This document shows, one piece after another, positions 18,880-27,639 of a DNA stretch of 42,784 nucleotides; position 1 is the stretch's first letter, and each line of letters opens with the position of its first letter. The translations under genes were made by a program, and so were the position numbers. The notes under the pieces were generated by a model, which was given only the letters and a program-made list of their open reading frames with translations, was not told the origin of the DNA and did not search any database. This DNA is from Myxococcaceae bacterium (GTDB lineage: Bacteria; Myxococcota_A; Polyangia; Polyangiales; Ga0077539). The DNA lies in contig JAQBQI010000496.1 in the NCBI GenBank assembly GCA_028287085.1, positions 1-42,784 on the forward strand. The letters are read 5' to 3'.

Positions 18880-19683
18880 TCATCCAGGAAGTTCCGGCGC
18901 ACTACGCAACCACACCCGCCTCACCGTGTTGGGCAGCCAGCGCCCCCCGCGCTGGGAGGGGTGTCCCTCGGCGGTAAGCTGGAGGGCGATGGCTGCATAC
19001 GACCCTCCTTCCTCGCGCAGCGTCCGGATGCGCGCGACGGCCGCGAGATCCTCCTTCACCGTGACGAGCACGCGGCGCCCCGTCGTCGAATCGGTCGCCG
19101 CGGTGTGCCGCCACCCCAGCGGCGGCCGGCCCAGGCGCACGCCCTCCGCCTTCAGGTGGGCCAGGGCGTCGGCCGTGCGCTCGCCGATGGCCTCCCGCTC
19201 CCACTGGGCGACAGTCATCAGAATGAAGAGGGTCATGCGGCCGGCGGCCGTGCGCGTGTCGATCTGGTCGGCCACGGAGACCAGGGCCCAGCGCCCCTCG
19301 GCGAAGTAGGTCTCGATGAGGTGGCCGAGGTCCACCACACGGCGGGTGAGGCGGTCGAGCTTGGGCACCAGGAGCGCGTCGGCCCGGTGGTCGCGAAGCG
19401 TGGCCAGCGCGCGCTGCAGTGCCGGGCGGTCGAGGGTCTTGGCGCTCACGCCCTCGTCGGCCTCAATGGCGACGAGCTCGAGGTCGAGCGCGGCGCAGTG
19501 CGCGCGGAGTTTCGCGCGCTGGGCGTCGAGGGAGACGCCCTCGTCGGCCTGTCGCTCGGTGGAGACGCGGACGTAGCCCACGACCCGGGTCCTCGCCGGG
19601 CCGGCGGCGGAGGGGGCGCCGACCGGTCGGACCTTGGACCGGCTGCCTCGGGGTCGTCCGCCGCGCTTCGGGGGGGTCTCCAC
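18880..19683 (-). CDS. Serine recombinase (resolvase/invertase family) with a C-terminal recombinase-type HTH
   Basis: VVGYVRVSTERQ (catalytic Ser), DRPALQRAL, KLDRLTR, AQWEREAIGERT, LGRPPLGW; GTG 19683 is the probable start. Confidence 0.93.
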   Translation of the reverse strand: METPPKRGGRPRGSRSKVRPVGAPSAAGPARTRVVGYVRVSTERQADEGVSLDAQRAKLRAHCAALDLELVAIEADEGVSAKTLDRPALQRALATLRDHRADALLVPKLDRLTRRVVDLGHLIETYFAEGRWALVSVADQIDTRTAAGRMTLFILMTVAQWEREAIGERTADALAHLKAEGVRLGRPPLGWRHTAATDSTTGRRVLVTVKEDLAAVARIRTLREEGGSYAAIALQLTAEGHPSQRGGRWLPNTVRRVWLRSAPELPG

Positions 19684-19712
19684 GGGCGGACGGTACCCCG
19701 GGGAGGGGGTGT

Positions 19713-19744
19713 GACGAAACCGAAAGGAGCCTCTCGGTTTCGTC
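19713..19744. promoter_or_regulatory. 11-bp inverted repeat upstream of the recombinase; candidate res or operator site
   Basis: GACGAAACCGA-N10-TCGGTTTCGTC, 30 bp upstream of the probable start. Confidence 0.5.
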
Positions 19745-20164
19745 CCGCCCCCCTGCGTCGTGACGCACCGCATCGAAGGACGCCCGAACGCCGTCGCGTC
19801 CATGGAAGGCATCACGTCGCGCGTAGTCCCGGAGGCCGCGCGTCACCAGGCGTCTCGGGCGTCGATGGCACTCACGCCTCAACGAGACCTTTCGAGGGGG
19901 AGATCAGCAGGGGAATGGAAACGAGGGCTCTTGGCGGCATGAGGAACGTCGCCTGACGGCAACTGGAGTGTGATGGTGTGAATCGAGAAGACGAGGGTTC
20001 ACACTCCAACCTCGGGGCTTTCACACTGACTTCACATTGTTCTCGGGTGCCGCGAGCGCCCCAGACGGCACGTCCGACCCCCGTCGGGTGCCCCAATACC
20101 CCCGATCTGGCACCTCGCCGTCGTCTTCACAGTGCGTTCACACAAGCCTTTTCGCGTGGATGTC

Positions 20165-20690
20165 CCTCCCGCGAGAAGGTGCTCGCGGAGCTTGAGACGC
20201 TGCAGGAGCGAGCTGACGGCACCCACACGACTCGCGCTCACGAACTACTGACCAGTGGTCGCTTCAAGCGATATCTGCGTCAGGTCGGCACGGGCAGTCT
20301 GGCGATTGACTGGGCAGCGGTGAAGGACGCGGAGCGGTGCGACGGCAAGTGGGTGATCACATCGAACGACGACACGCTCACGGCCGAGGATCTCGCGTTG
20401 GGCTACAAGCCGCTGCTGCGCGTCGAGGCGTGCTGGCGAACGCTCAAGAGCGGACTGAGATGAGGCCCGTCTTCCACCACCGGCCGTGGCGGATCCAGTC
20501 GGCCTCGCCGTGCTCGCCCTGCTCGCCCTGCTCCTCGAACGCATCGTCGAGATCCGAGCCAAAGACACCTGGCGCAACGTCCGGGCGGCGCTGGACTCGA
20601 TCAAAGTCTTCGAGTACGAGCGCGACGGCGTGCGGGTCCGGCAGACGACGGACCTCCGACCCGAGGCGGCGGCTCTGCTGCTTAAACCTC
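20165..20690 (+). pseudogene. IS1634-family transposase remnant (C-terminal part, frameshifted)
   Basis: DGKWVITSNDDTLTAEDLALGYKPLLRVEACWRTLKSGL, then MRPVFHH and LALLLERIVEIRAKDTW in different frames. Confidence 0.85.
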
Positions 20691-20695
20691 TACAC

Positions 20696-21496
20696 TCAGC
20701 GCACGCGCAGGGTGCTCACGTCGAGGCTGGTGCCGGGGAGGGGGTCCTCGGTGCTGGTGAATGCCCCCGTGGCCCCGAGCACGATGGCTGTCACGCCGCC
20801 TGCGACGAGGACGCCCGCGCCCGTCCAGAACCACCATTGTGAGGTGACCCCCCGTGACGCTGGCGCTTCGGGTGCCGACGCGGGATGTGGCGTGACCACG
20901 GGCCGCACCGGCGCCGTCACGGAGCCGGGCGCGACGGCCACCATCGTCGCGTCGAGCCGAGCCTCCCAGGTGAACCGCATGCCGGGTGTGAGCTGCACCT
21001 CGCGCTGCTGCGACGCGTGCCCCGGCGCGGAGGCCACGAGCAGGTGGCTGCCGGGGTCGAGCGAGACCTCGTCCCCTACGACGACCTGCGGCCGCCCGTC
21101 GACGGTGAGCGTGAAGGCGGTCGGCTGCAGGCGCAGCACCACGACCGGCTGCTCCCGGCGCAGCTCGTCGATGCGGTCGCGCACCGACTGCACTCGGTCG
21201 GGCGCGAGGCCGGCACCGCCCTCCGCGAGGTAGCGCTCGTAGTTGCTGATCGCCTGCTGGTAGCGGCCCAGGCGGGAGCAGGCCGCGGCGAGGTTGTAGA
21301 GCACGATGGCGACCGGACGCACGCGGTAGGAGTACTCAAACGCCGCCACGGCGTTGGCGAAGCGGCCAGCGCTGACGTCGGCCATGCCCCGCTCGAACGC
21401 GGCGCGAGCTTCAGCGTCGAGCGGTGACGGCTGCGCGACGGCGATCGCAGGTGCACACACCACGACCGCAGCGAGGAGGGAGAAGTGACGCTTCAT
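20696..21496 (-). CDS. Exported TPR plus PEGA-like domain protein
   Basis: Signal peptide; TPR (ARAAFERG...VLYNLAAACSRLGRYQQAISNYERYL); LTVDG...LDPGSHLLVASAPGH; C-terminal WWFWTGAGVLVAGG anchor. Confidence 0.88.
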   Translation of the reverse strand: MKRHFSLLAAVVVCAPAIAVAQPSPLDAEARAAFERGMADVSAGRFANAVAAFEYSYRVRPVAIVLYNLAAACSRLGRYQQAISNYERYLAEGGAGLAPDRVQSVRDRIDELRREQPVVVLRLQPTAFTLTVDGRPQVVVGDEVSLDPGSHLLVASAPGHASQQREVQLTPGMRFTWEARLDATMVAVAPGSVTAPVRPVVTPHPASAPEAPASRGVTSQWWFWTGAGVLVAGGVTAIVLGATGAFTSTEDPLPGTSLDVSTLRVR

Positions 21497-22944
21497 TGGG
21501 GATACCCCGGGTCGAAGTCATTGGCGGGAGCCGAGCGGGAGGAAGGGGAGGTCCGGGGCACGGGCCGACGAGCTGCGGCGGGCGGGCGGACCAGCGCGTG
21601 CTGCCGCGTCTCGCCCCGGGTCGCACGCTCCCTCGCTGACGCGACCATCGGAGGCGTCGTACCCGGCACGGACGGAGGTGGCATCGCCGGCGTGGGGGCA
21701 GGCGTAACGGACTCGGACGGCGGCGAAGGGACCGTGATAACCGTGGCGGGTGGTTCGGGCGACGGGGGCGACGGCGACCGGAGCGTGAGGGCTGCGGCGA
21801 CCGGGCGGGCAGAGCGCGGCGTGTGGAAGAACGCAAGGCTGGCCGCGACCGCCAGCGCGACGACCGCGGCAACGACCACCATCGCCCCGCGCCGACGCGG
21901 CGCGGCCGGAGCGCGACCAGACCAGCTCACGAGCGTGGGCGCCGCGGCGCCGAGGGGCGCGTCTGTAACAAGGGGCGCCGCGGCGTCGACCGGAGCCGGG
22001 GTGGCCGAAGACGGCGCGGGAGGGGGAGGGGGAGACGGCAGGGAGGACACGCGCGGCTGCGATCCAGGGACCGCGCTGCCCGCCCAGGCGTCGCACGCGA
22101 CAGCGGCGTCGAGCATCGCCTGCATGGTGGGGAAGCGGTCGGCGGGCTTCTTCTGGAGGGCCCGGTCGATGATGGCCACCACGTCGGGGGGCAGCCCGGA
22201 GTCGTGCGTCACGATCGGGACGGGCGGCTCGTACTGGAGCTTCGCCACGAGGACGTTGTGGTTGGGGGCGTCGTAGGGGAGCGCGCCCGTCAGCATCTCG
22301 TAGAAGACCACCCCGAGGGACCACACGTCGGTGCGCGCGTCGATGTCGCTCGCGCCGGCGGCCTGCTCGGGGGACATGTACCTCGGGGTCCCGATGAGGG
22401 AGCCGGTCTGGGTCTGCTTGAGGCTGTCGTTGTGGCTCTCCATGAGCTTGGCGATGCCGAAGTCGATGACCTTGGGCGTCACCGCGCCCGACCGGTCGCG
22501 GCTGGCGAAGAGGTTGGCGGGCTTCAAGTCGCGGTGCACGATGCCGAGCTCGTGCGCCGCCACGAGCGCCCCCATCACCGGAACGAGAAACCGCAGCGCC
22601 TCGTCGACCGGGAGGTGCTTCCCCGGGCGGGCGTCGAGGAGATCCTCCAGGCTCTCGCCGGAGAGAAACTCCTGCACGATGTACGGCGTCTGGGTGGCGG
22701 GGTCGGTGTCGAGGTCGAGCACGTCGACCACGTTGGGGTGGTGGATCTTCGTCGCCGCGCGCGCCTCGCGCAGGAAGCGCTGCACCACCGACGGCTCACG
22801 GGTCCACTGCGCGTGCAGGGTCTTGATGGCGACGCGCCGATCGGTGTTCTGGTTGACGGCCTCGAAGACCTGGCCCATTCCCCCTTCGCCCAGCAGACGC
22901 CCGAGCCGGTACTTCCCCCCGAGAATGTCGCCTGCCGCGGTCAT
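21493..22944 (-). CDS. Hanks-type serine/threonine protein kinase with TM segment and Pro-rich tail
   Basis: LGEGGMGQV, VAIK, HRDLKPAN, DFGIAK, GTPRYMSPEQ, DVWSLG; start MTAAGDILGGKY at 22944; overlaps the next gene. Confidence 0.97.
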   Translation of the reverse strand: MTAAGDILGGKYRLGRLLGEGGMGQVFEAVNQNTDRRVAIKTLHAQWTREPSVVQRFLREARAATKIHHPNVVDVLDLDTDPATQTPYIVQEFLSGESLEDLLDARPGKHLPVDEALRFLVPVMGALVAAHELGIVHRDLKPANLFASRDRSGAVTPKVIDFGIAKLMESHNDSLKQTQTGSLIGTPRYMSPEQAAGASDIDARTDVWSLGVVFYEMLTGALPYDAPNHNVLVAKLQYEPPVPIVTHDSGLPPDVVAIIDRALQKKPADRFPTMQAMLDAAVACDAWAGSAVPGSQPRVSSLPSPPPPPAPSSATPAPVDAAAPLVTDAPLGAAAPTLVSWSGRAPAAPRRRGAMVVVAAVVALAVAASLAFFHTPRSARPVAAALTLRSPSPPSPEPPATVITVPSPPSESVTPAPTPAMPPPSVPGTTPPMVASARERATRGETRQHALVRPPAAARRPVPRTSPSSRSAPANDFDPGYPQ

Positions 22945-23065
22945 CGCCCGGCGGACGTTATCGCGGGTGACGCGACGATGCGAGGGGAGCGGGAGCCTCG
23001 GAGGGGCGACGGCGGCGTGGCCGGCCCGCGCGGCACGCAGAGCGACCGGAGAGCGTTCGGCTGCG

Positions 23066-24964
23066 CTACCTGGCCACGCCCGCGCAACGAAAGCCGAGGA
23101 GGTTGTCGGGGACAGTCGGCTCACGGCCGTTGCGTTGCGACGCGCGCATCAGCTCGGCGCTGTCGCTGGTTCTCATTTGGCTCCAAGTGAAACCGCGGAC
23201 TGCGCGCAAGGTTCCGCTTGCAGGACCGATTGGATTCAGGACGTACGAGTCGGGCGTGCCCGAATAGGGCCCGAGCCAATCCGCGAGCCACTCAGAGACA
23301 TTCCCCTCCAGGTCGAACAATCCGAACTCCCCCGCCGGATACGAACCTACCGCGCACGTCGAAGCCGGCGTCGGAAAGCGGTTCCAGCAAAGTTGCGTGC
23401 TCGGTGCGTCGTTCCCCCACGGGAACAGACGACCGCTCACGCCCCGCCGCACGTATTCCCATTGAGCCTCGGTCGGGAGATCGCCTCCCTGCCACTGGCA
23501 GTACGCACGAGACTGGCTCCAGTCCACGCAGTTGATCGGGTGGTCGTCGCGCCCCGACACGCCCCAGTTGCAGTACGACGTCGTCGCTGGCGCGGTGCAC
23601 CCCGGGCACCTCCGGTACGCCGTCACCGTCACCTCGGTCGCGTCCAGGCAGAACGCGCTCAACCGGACCCCGTGGACCGGGCCCTCGAGGGTCGAACCCA
23701 TCAGAAACATCCCCGCCGGAATGTACTGCATCCCCGCCGAGCACCGCGACATGCACGCGCCCGCCACGCACGCCTGCGTCGCCGTGCACGCACTACCGCA
23801 CGTCCCGCAATTCGCTGCGTCCGTCATCAGGTTCGTGCACGCGCCCGCGCAGACCGACTGGCCGCTCGGGCAGCTCTGTCCGCACGCCCCGCCGCTGCAC
23901 GTGGCCGCCCCCCCGGCCGGCGCCGCACACGCGCGGCCGCAGGCCCCGCAGTGCGCGATGCTGGTCCGCAGATCTGCTTCGCACCCGTCGGCCGCGACGC
24001 CGTTGCAGTCGGTGTATCCCGAGAAGCACGTCACCACGCGGCACATGCTCGCCTGGCAGGCCGAGGTCGCGTTCGTGAGGTCACACGCGCGGTAGCACGC
24101 TCCGCAGCTGGACGAGTCGATCGCTAGGTTCCGACACGCGCTCCCGCACGCCGTCAACCCCGGCTCGCAGGTGACCGTCCCGGCGTCCGGCACTGGCGTC
24201 CCGACGTCTGGCGTCCCGGCGTCTGCTCTTGGTGTTCCGGTGTCCGGCGTCCCAACGTCTGGCACTGGCGTTCCGACGTCCGGTGCTGGCGTCCCGACGT
24301 CCGGTGCTGGCGTCCCGACATCCGGCGTCCCGGCGTCCGGCGCTGGCGTCCCGATGTCCGGCGTCCCGGTGTCTGGCGCTGGCGTTCCGACGTCCGGCGT
24401 CCCGATGCCCGGCGTGTCCATCCCCGCCGACGCGTCCCCCACGAGGGGCTCCACCCGGCCCGGGAACGACCGCACCCGCGCCGTGCTCGCTGCCACGCAC
24501 GTCCGCATCCCCATCACGGGCTCGCACCGCTCCGTCGCCGCACACGTCGCCCCCACACACGCCGACGCCAACAGCAGCGGCAGCTCCAACGTCTGCTCCT
24601 CCACGTACCGCGCCAGCGCGCGCTGCACCACCACCGCCGCCCCCGTCGCACACCCGCTCGTCGTCGCGCAGCCCCGCACCTCGATCCATACCAGCTCGTC
24701 CAGTCCGTCGTCGCCCGGCACCAGCCCCACCGACAGCGGCAGCTGCGCCTGGCCCGGGCCCCCGCCCAGCACGATCGTCCGCGCGACCCGCACCGCGCCG
24801 CGCGCCCCCCCGCGCCGCACCTCCACGCTTACCGACTGCACTCGTTGGTCCGGGCCCCACGCCACCTCCGAGTCCACCACGGCCACGATCTCCGTCCGTG
24901 GGCGCGTGCACGACGCCACCGCGATCACCCCCGCCACCAGCAACCGCGCGCCTGTCCGCCACAT
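23066..24964 (-). CDS. Lipoprotein with Cys-rich repeats and a C-terminal FGE-sulfatase (SUMF1/EgtB/PvdO) domain
   Basis: Lipobox-like VASC; NCGxCGxAC repeats; FLMGS, EVT, HPINCVDW, LPTEAQWEY, GNVSEW, LGFRC. Confidence 0.92.
   Translation of the reverse strand: MWRTGARLLVAGVIAVASCTRPRTEIVAVVDSEVAWGPDQRVQSVSVEVRRGGARGAVRVARTIVLGGGPGQAQLPLSVGLVPGDDGLDELVWIEVRGCATTSGCATGAAVVVQRALARYVEEQTLELPLLLASACVGATCAATERCEPVMGMRTCVAASTARVRSFPGRVEPLVGDASAGMDTPGIGTPDVGTPAPDTGTPDIGTPAPDAGTPDVGTPAPDVGTPAPDVGTPVPDVGTPDTGTPRADAGTPDVGTPVPDAGTVTCEPGLTACGSACRNLAIDSSSCGACYRACDLTNATSACQASMCRVVTCFSGYTDCNGVAADGCEADLRTSIAHCGACGRACAAPAGGAATCSGGACGQSCPSGQSVCAGACTNLMTDAANCGTCGSACTATQACVAGACMSRCSAGMQYIPAGMFLMGSTLEGPVHGVRLSAFCLDATEVTVTAYRRCPGCTAPATTSYCNWGVSGRDDHPINCVDWSQSRAYCQWQGGDLPTEAQWEYVRRGVSGRLFPWGNDAPSTQLCWNRFPTPASTCAVGSYPAGEFGLFDLEGNVSEWLADWLGPYSGTPDSYVLNPIGPASGTLRAVRGFTWSQMRTSDSAELMRASQRNGREPTVPDNLLGFRCAGVAR
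24178..24420. repeat. Coding tandem repeats of 15 and 21 bp encoding the PDxGTP(A/V) linker
   Basis: Repeated GGCGTCCCGACGTCCGGTGCT-like units within the FGE gene. Confidence 0.9.
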
Positions 24965-25217
24965 GCCCACCAAGCTATCGCAGGAACCTCACCCCAGCGA
25001 GTGGTCCTGGGGCGCGGCGCTGCGGTCCTGCGTGAGCGCACGTGGGGAGGGGCGGGAGCTCACGCCCCGCTCGCGATGCGCGACGCGGTGTCGACATGCA
25101 TCACGTCGCCGCTCTCGCGCGGCCCGAAGTCGCACGGACCCAACCGGGGGGCCCGCCGCGTCGAGCGCGACGAAGACGGCGCGCGGGATGTCCACCCGGC
25201 TCGGGGCCGGGTTGCAC

Positions 25218-25571
25218 GTACGCGACACGAAGGACCCGCGCTTCGGGCTGGGGCTGTCCCTGGTGCGCCTCGGGGACTGCGGCCGCCGCGACCGGATGCT
25301 GTGACTGGCGACGCTGGCCGAGGCCCTGCTGACCCTGCTGGGCGCCGCGTCGGAGCGCACGGGCCTGGACAAGCGTCTCTACCCCGGCACCGCGAAGAAG
25401 CGAGTTCACTCGCTCTTCTCCCAGGGGCAGCGCTGGTATCAGCTCCTCCCGACCCTGCGAGAGGCGTGGCTCCGACCGCTCATGACCGCCTTCGGGGAGA
25501 TCCTCGCGGAACATCAAATCACCCGAAAGATCTTTGCAGTCTTGTAGGGCAAAAATGAGGGGATGGGTCAG
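25218..25571 (+). pseudogene. IS4-family transposase C-terminal remnant with right end
   Basis: RDTKDPRFGLGL...RRDRML, then a shifted frame LLTLLGAASERTGLDKRL...RVHSLFSQG...WLRPLMTAFGEIL ending TAG 25547; terminal AAATGAGGGGATGGGTCAG. Confidence 0.8.
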
Positions 25572-25576
25572 CCTCG

Positions 25577-25623
25577 CCGCGTGATTCACGCAAAGTGCGG
25601 GAGACCCAACCGGGGGAGGCTCA
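25577..25623. mobile_element. IS-end remnants (GGGAGACCC-type end abutting an IS3-like end)
   Basis: 25585-25607 matches 14438-14460 at 20 of 23 nt; the minus strand reads TGAGCCTCCCCCGGTT from 25623. Confidence 0.5.
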
Positions 25624-26216
25624 CTCCGCCATCGTTCCCTCCAATAGTTCCATGATCCGGTACCCCCTTCCCTCCACGGGGTCCCTTGGGTCGGTTCCCC
25701 CGCTTCGCCGGTACTACGAGGCACTCCGACGTCCTGCCGTCCTTCCCGGCTCGCTTCGTTTCCTTCGCGAGGCCCCTGCGTACCGTTGCTGCGCTCCTTG
25801 TTCGCTCCCGTCGGGCAGGGGCGCGCCGCCCGCGGGCCAGGACGTTGTTCTTCCGGTGTCTCCCACCCGGCTGGTTGGAACGGGGACGATGGGATCTCCC
25901 AGGTTCCTGAGGAGCCCCGATGGGGACGTGCCCTGGCCTTCGACCCCGGCGAGACCATCGCGCTCGACCACTGCCGCACGCTGGTATTGCCTTCCGCGCT
26001 GTTCACGGCGTCGGCTCTCGCGACTCACCTTTCGGGGCTCAGTCCCACGGCCCGCACCCTCGCGGTCTACGCTTCGCAGGACGGGTCACCCCGTCACCAC
26101 GCAAGACTCGCTTCCGGCCGCTGGTCAGCGCTACCGGGCGGGGTTGGCTACCCGCGGGGCTCCAATGCAAGGTTTCAACTCATCGTATCCTCCTCACCCA
26201 AGCTCTCCTGGCGCAC
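25624..26216 (-). ncRNA. Group II intron 5' fragment (domains I-III and start of DIV); RT ORF and DV/DVI absent
   Basis: Begins GTGCGCC at 26216; contains GAAGCGTAGAC, GAGCCCCGAAA, GGAAGGCAA, GGAACCTGGGAG and DIII-like GTCGGAG..GTAGTACC..GAAGCGGGGGAAC..GGAGGGAAGG; then GGAGG plus ATGGCGGAG, cut at 25624. Confidence 0.88.
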
Positions 26217-27528
26217 GGACAGTAGTGCTAGGGGGCGCGTCGCTTGGACGAGCGTGATCGAACCAGGTAAAGATGGCGGCGTGCAGTTCGATGAGCTCAC
26301 GGCTGCGCGCAAGATCCCGCACGATCGCGAGATAGGGGGCAGTCCCGAGGAGATCCCTGCTGCTGGTAGCGTCCGAAGCGCGCCGCGCGTCTCGGAGGGG
26401 GAAGAGTCTCAATGCGTACCATTCGAAGTCGAAACCCGAGAGGTCGGGTGGCAGGGCCGCCGCGGCTCCGCTCCCTGGCGCGGGAGAGGGGGAAGGGCGC
26501 GTCGCCGTCTCGGAAACATGCGCCATCGTCTGTCGCGTCACGGCGAACGAGATGAGCTCCGACAGCACGAGCCGGCCCCAGGTGCTGGCCAGGTCTGGCG
26601 GCATCCCCGGCGCGTCGTCGCTATCGATCTCCGGACGGGCGCCCCTCGCGATACCGTGGGTGTCCCTATAGAACGGCGCGAACAGGCGGTTCAGCATGAG
26701 GTTCCGGAAGGCGTTGACCGACACCCCCCCTCTCTCCCGCATGCCATTGGGCTCCAGGATGGAGAGGTCGATCGACGTGTGAGAAGTCGCAGCGCGCGGG
26801 GACGCCACAGTGCTGCAATCGGCGCTTCGGGCGGGGTGGGCGCCGCTCTCGATATCGTTGAAGAGCCACGACATCGCGTGGGTCATTTCATGGACGAGTG
26901 TCGACATGAGTTGATCCCGGGCCGTCTCCCCCGGGGCTTCGGCGTTGCGGCGCGCCCACACGATCACCCTGCCGACGCCGCCGTTCTGCGGCGCGGGCGG
27001 GTCGTACCTCCCGCGTTCCCCTGGGGGCGGAACCTGATCCGAGATCCACACCTCCAGGTCGAGGTGGAGCAAGGTACCGGCGCTCCGCTCGTTCGGCGGT
27101 TGAAAAGACGCCACGATGTGCGCCTCCTGACGGGGCCCGTACAGGACGCCTCTCGCGTCCTGGTAGACGAACGGGAGGCCGCCCAACACCCGGTGGAGTG
27201 AGCCGAGATAGTCGTACAGTTGGGAGTCGCCCGCCGTCCGTGCGCGGAGCTTCTCGGCGGTCTCCCGCAAGTGCGTCACCGCTTCTAGGAAGACCGGCGC
27301 GAGAGCTTCTCGGCGCGCTCGCGCGACCTCCCGAGACTCCAAGTGCTCGTCGGGTCGCGCCGGGGCCGACCCCCCGCGCCTGCGGAAGATGTGCGGCCCG
27401 ACGGCCAGCTCGAACATGTCGAAGACGTCCGGCGCCGTGCGCTCCCTCTCGCTTGCAGGGTGATTCACGGGGAGGGACGGCTCGATCGGAGGAGAGGGTG
27501 AGGGCGTAGGCGGAGGTCTCGTCCGCAT
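26194..27528 (-). CDS. HEXXH zinc-metalloprotease-like hypothetical protein, candidate eCIS cargo; 3' end formed by intron sequence
   Basis: ATG 27528 after AAAGGA; TLVHEMTHAMS and downstream LSELISF; the last codons and stop lie inside the intron (26194-26216). Confidence 0.7.
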   Translation of the reverse strand: MRTRPPPTPSPSPPIEPSLPVNHPASERERTAPDVFDMFELAVGPHIFRRRGGSAPARPDEHLESREVARARREALAPVFLEAVTHLRETAEKLRARTAGDSQLYDYLGSLHRVLGGLPFVYQDARGVLYGPRQEAHIVASFQPPNERSAGTLLHLDLEVWISDQVPPPGERGRYDPPAPQNGGVGRVIVWARRNAEAPGETARDQLMSTLVHEMTHAMSWLFNDIESGAHPARSADCSTVASPRAATSHTSIDLSILEPNGMRERGGVSVNAFRNLMLNRLFAPFYRDTHGIARGARPEIDSDDAPGMPPDLASTWGRLVLSELISFAVTRQTMAHVSETATRPSPSPAPGSGAAAALPPDLSGFDFEWYALRLFPLRDARRASDATSSRDLLGTAPYLAIVRDLARSRELIELHAAIFTWFDHARPSDAPPSTTVRAPGELG

Positions 27529-27639
27529 CGAAGTTCCTTTCCGCGCAGGGGCGGCGCGCCGAAGATGGCCCCCGACGCGAGATCGCGGCCGGCCGGGGGG
27601 TCGTGAAGCGTCGAGCTGTGGGGCCGACACAGGACAGGA

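Noticed and set aside
24178-24420. CRISPR array
   Set aside because: The repeats are contiguous, in-frame 15/21-bp coding units with no unique spacers, and there are no cas genes
25624-26216. Retron, DGR or active retroelement
   Set aside because: No reverse transcriptase ORF was found in the window; the RNA has group II intron hallmarks and lacks DV/DVI
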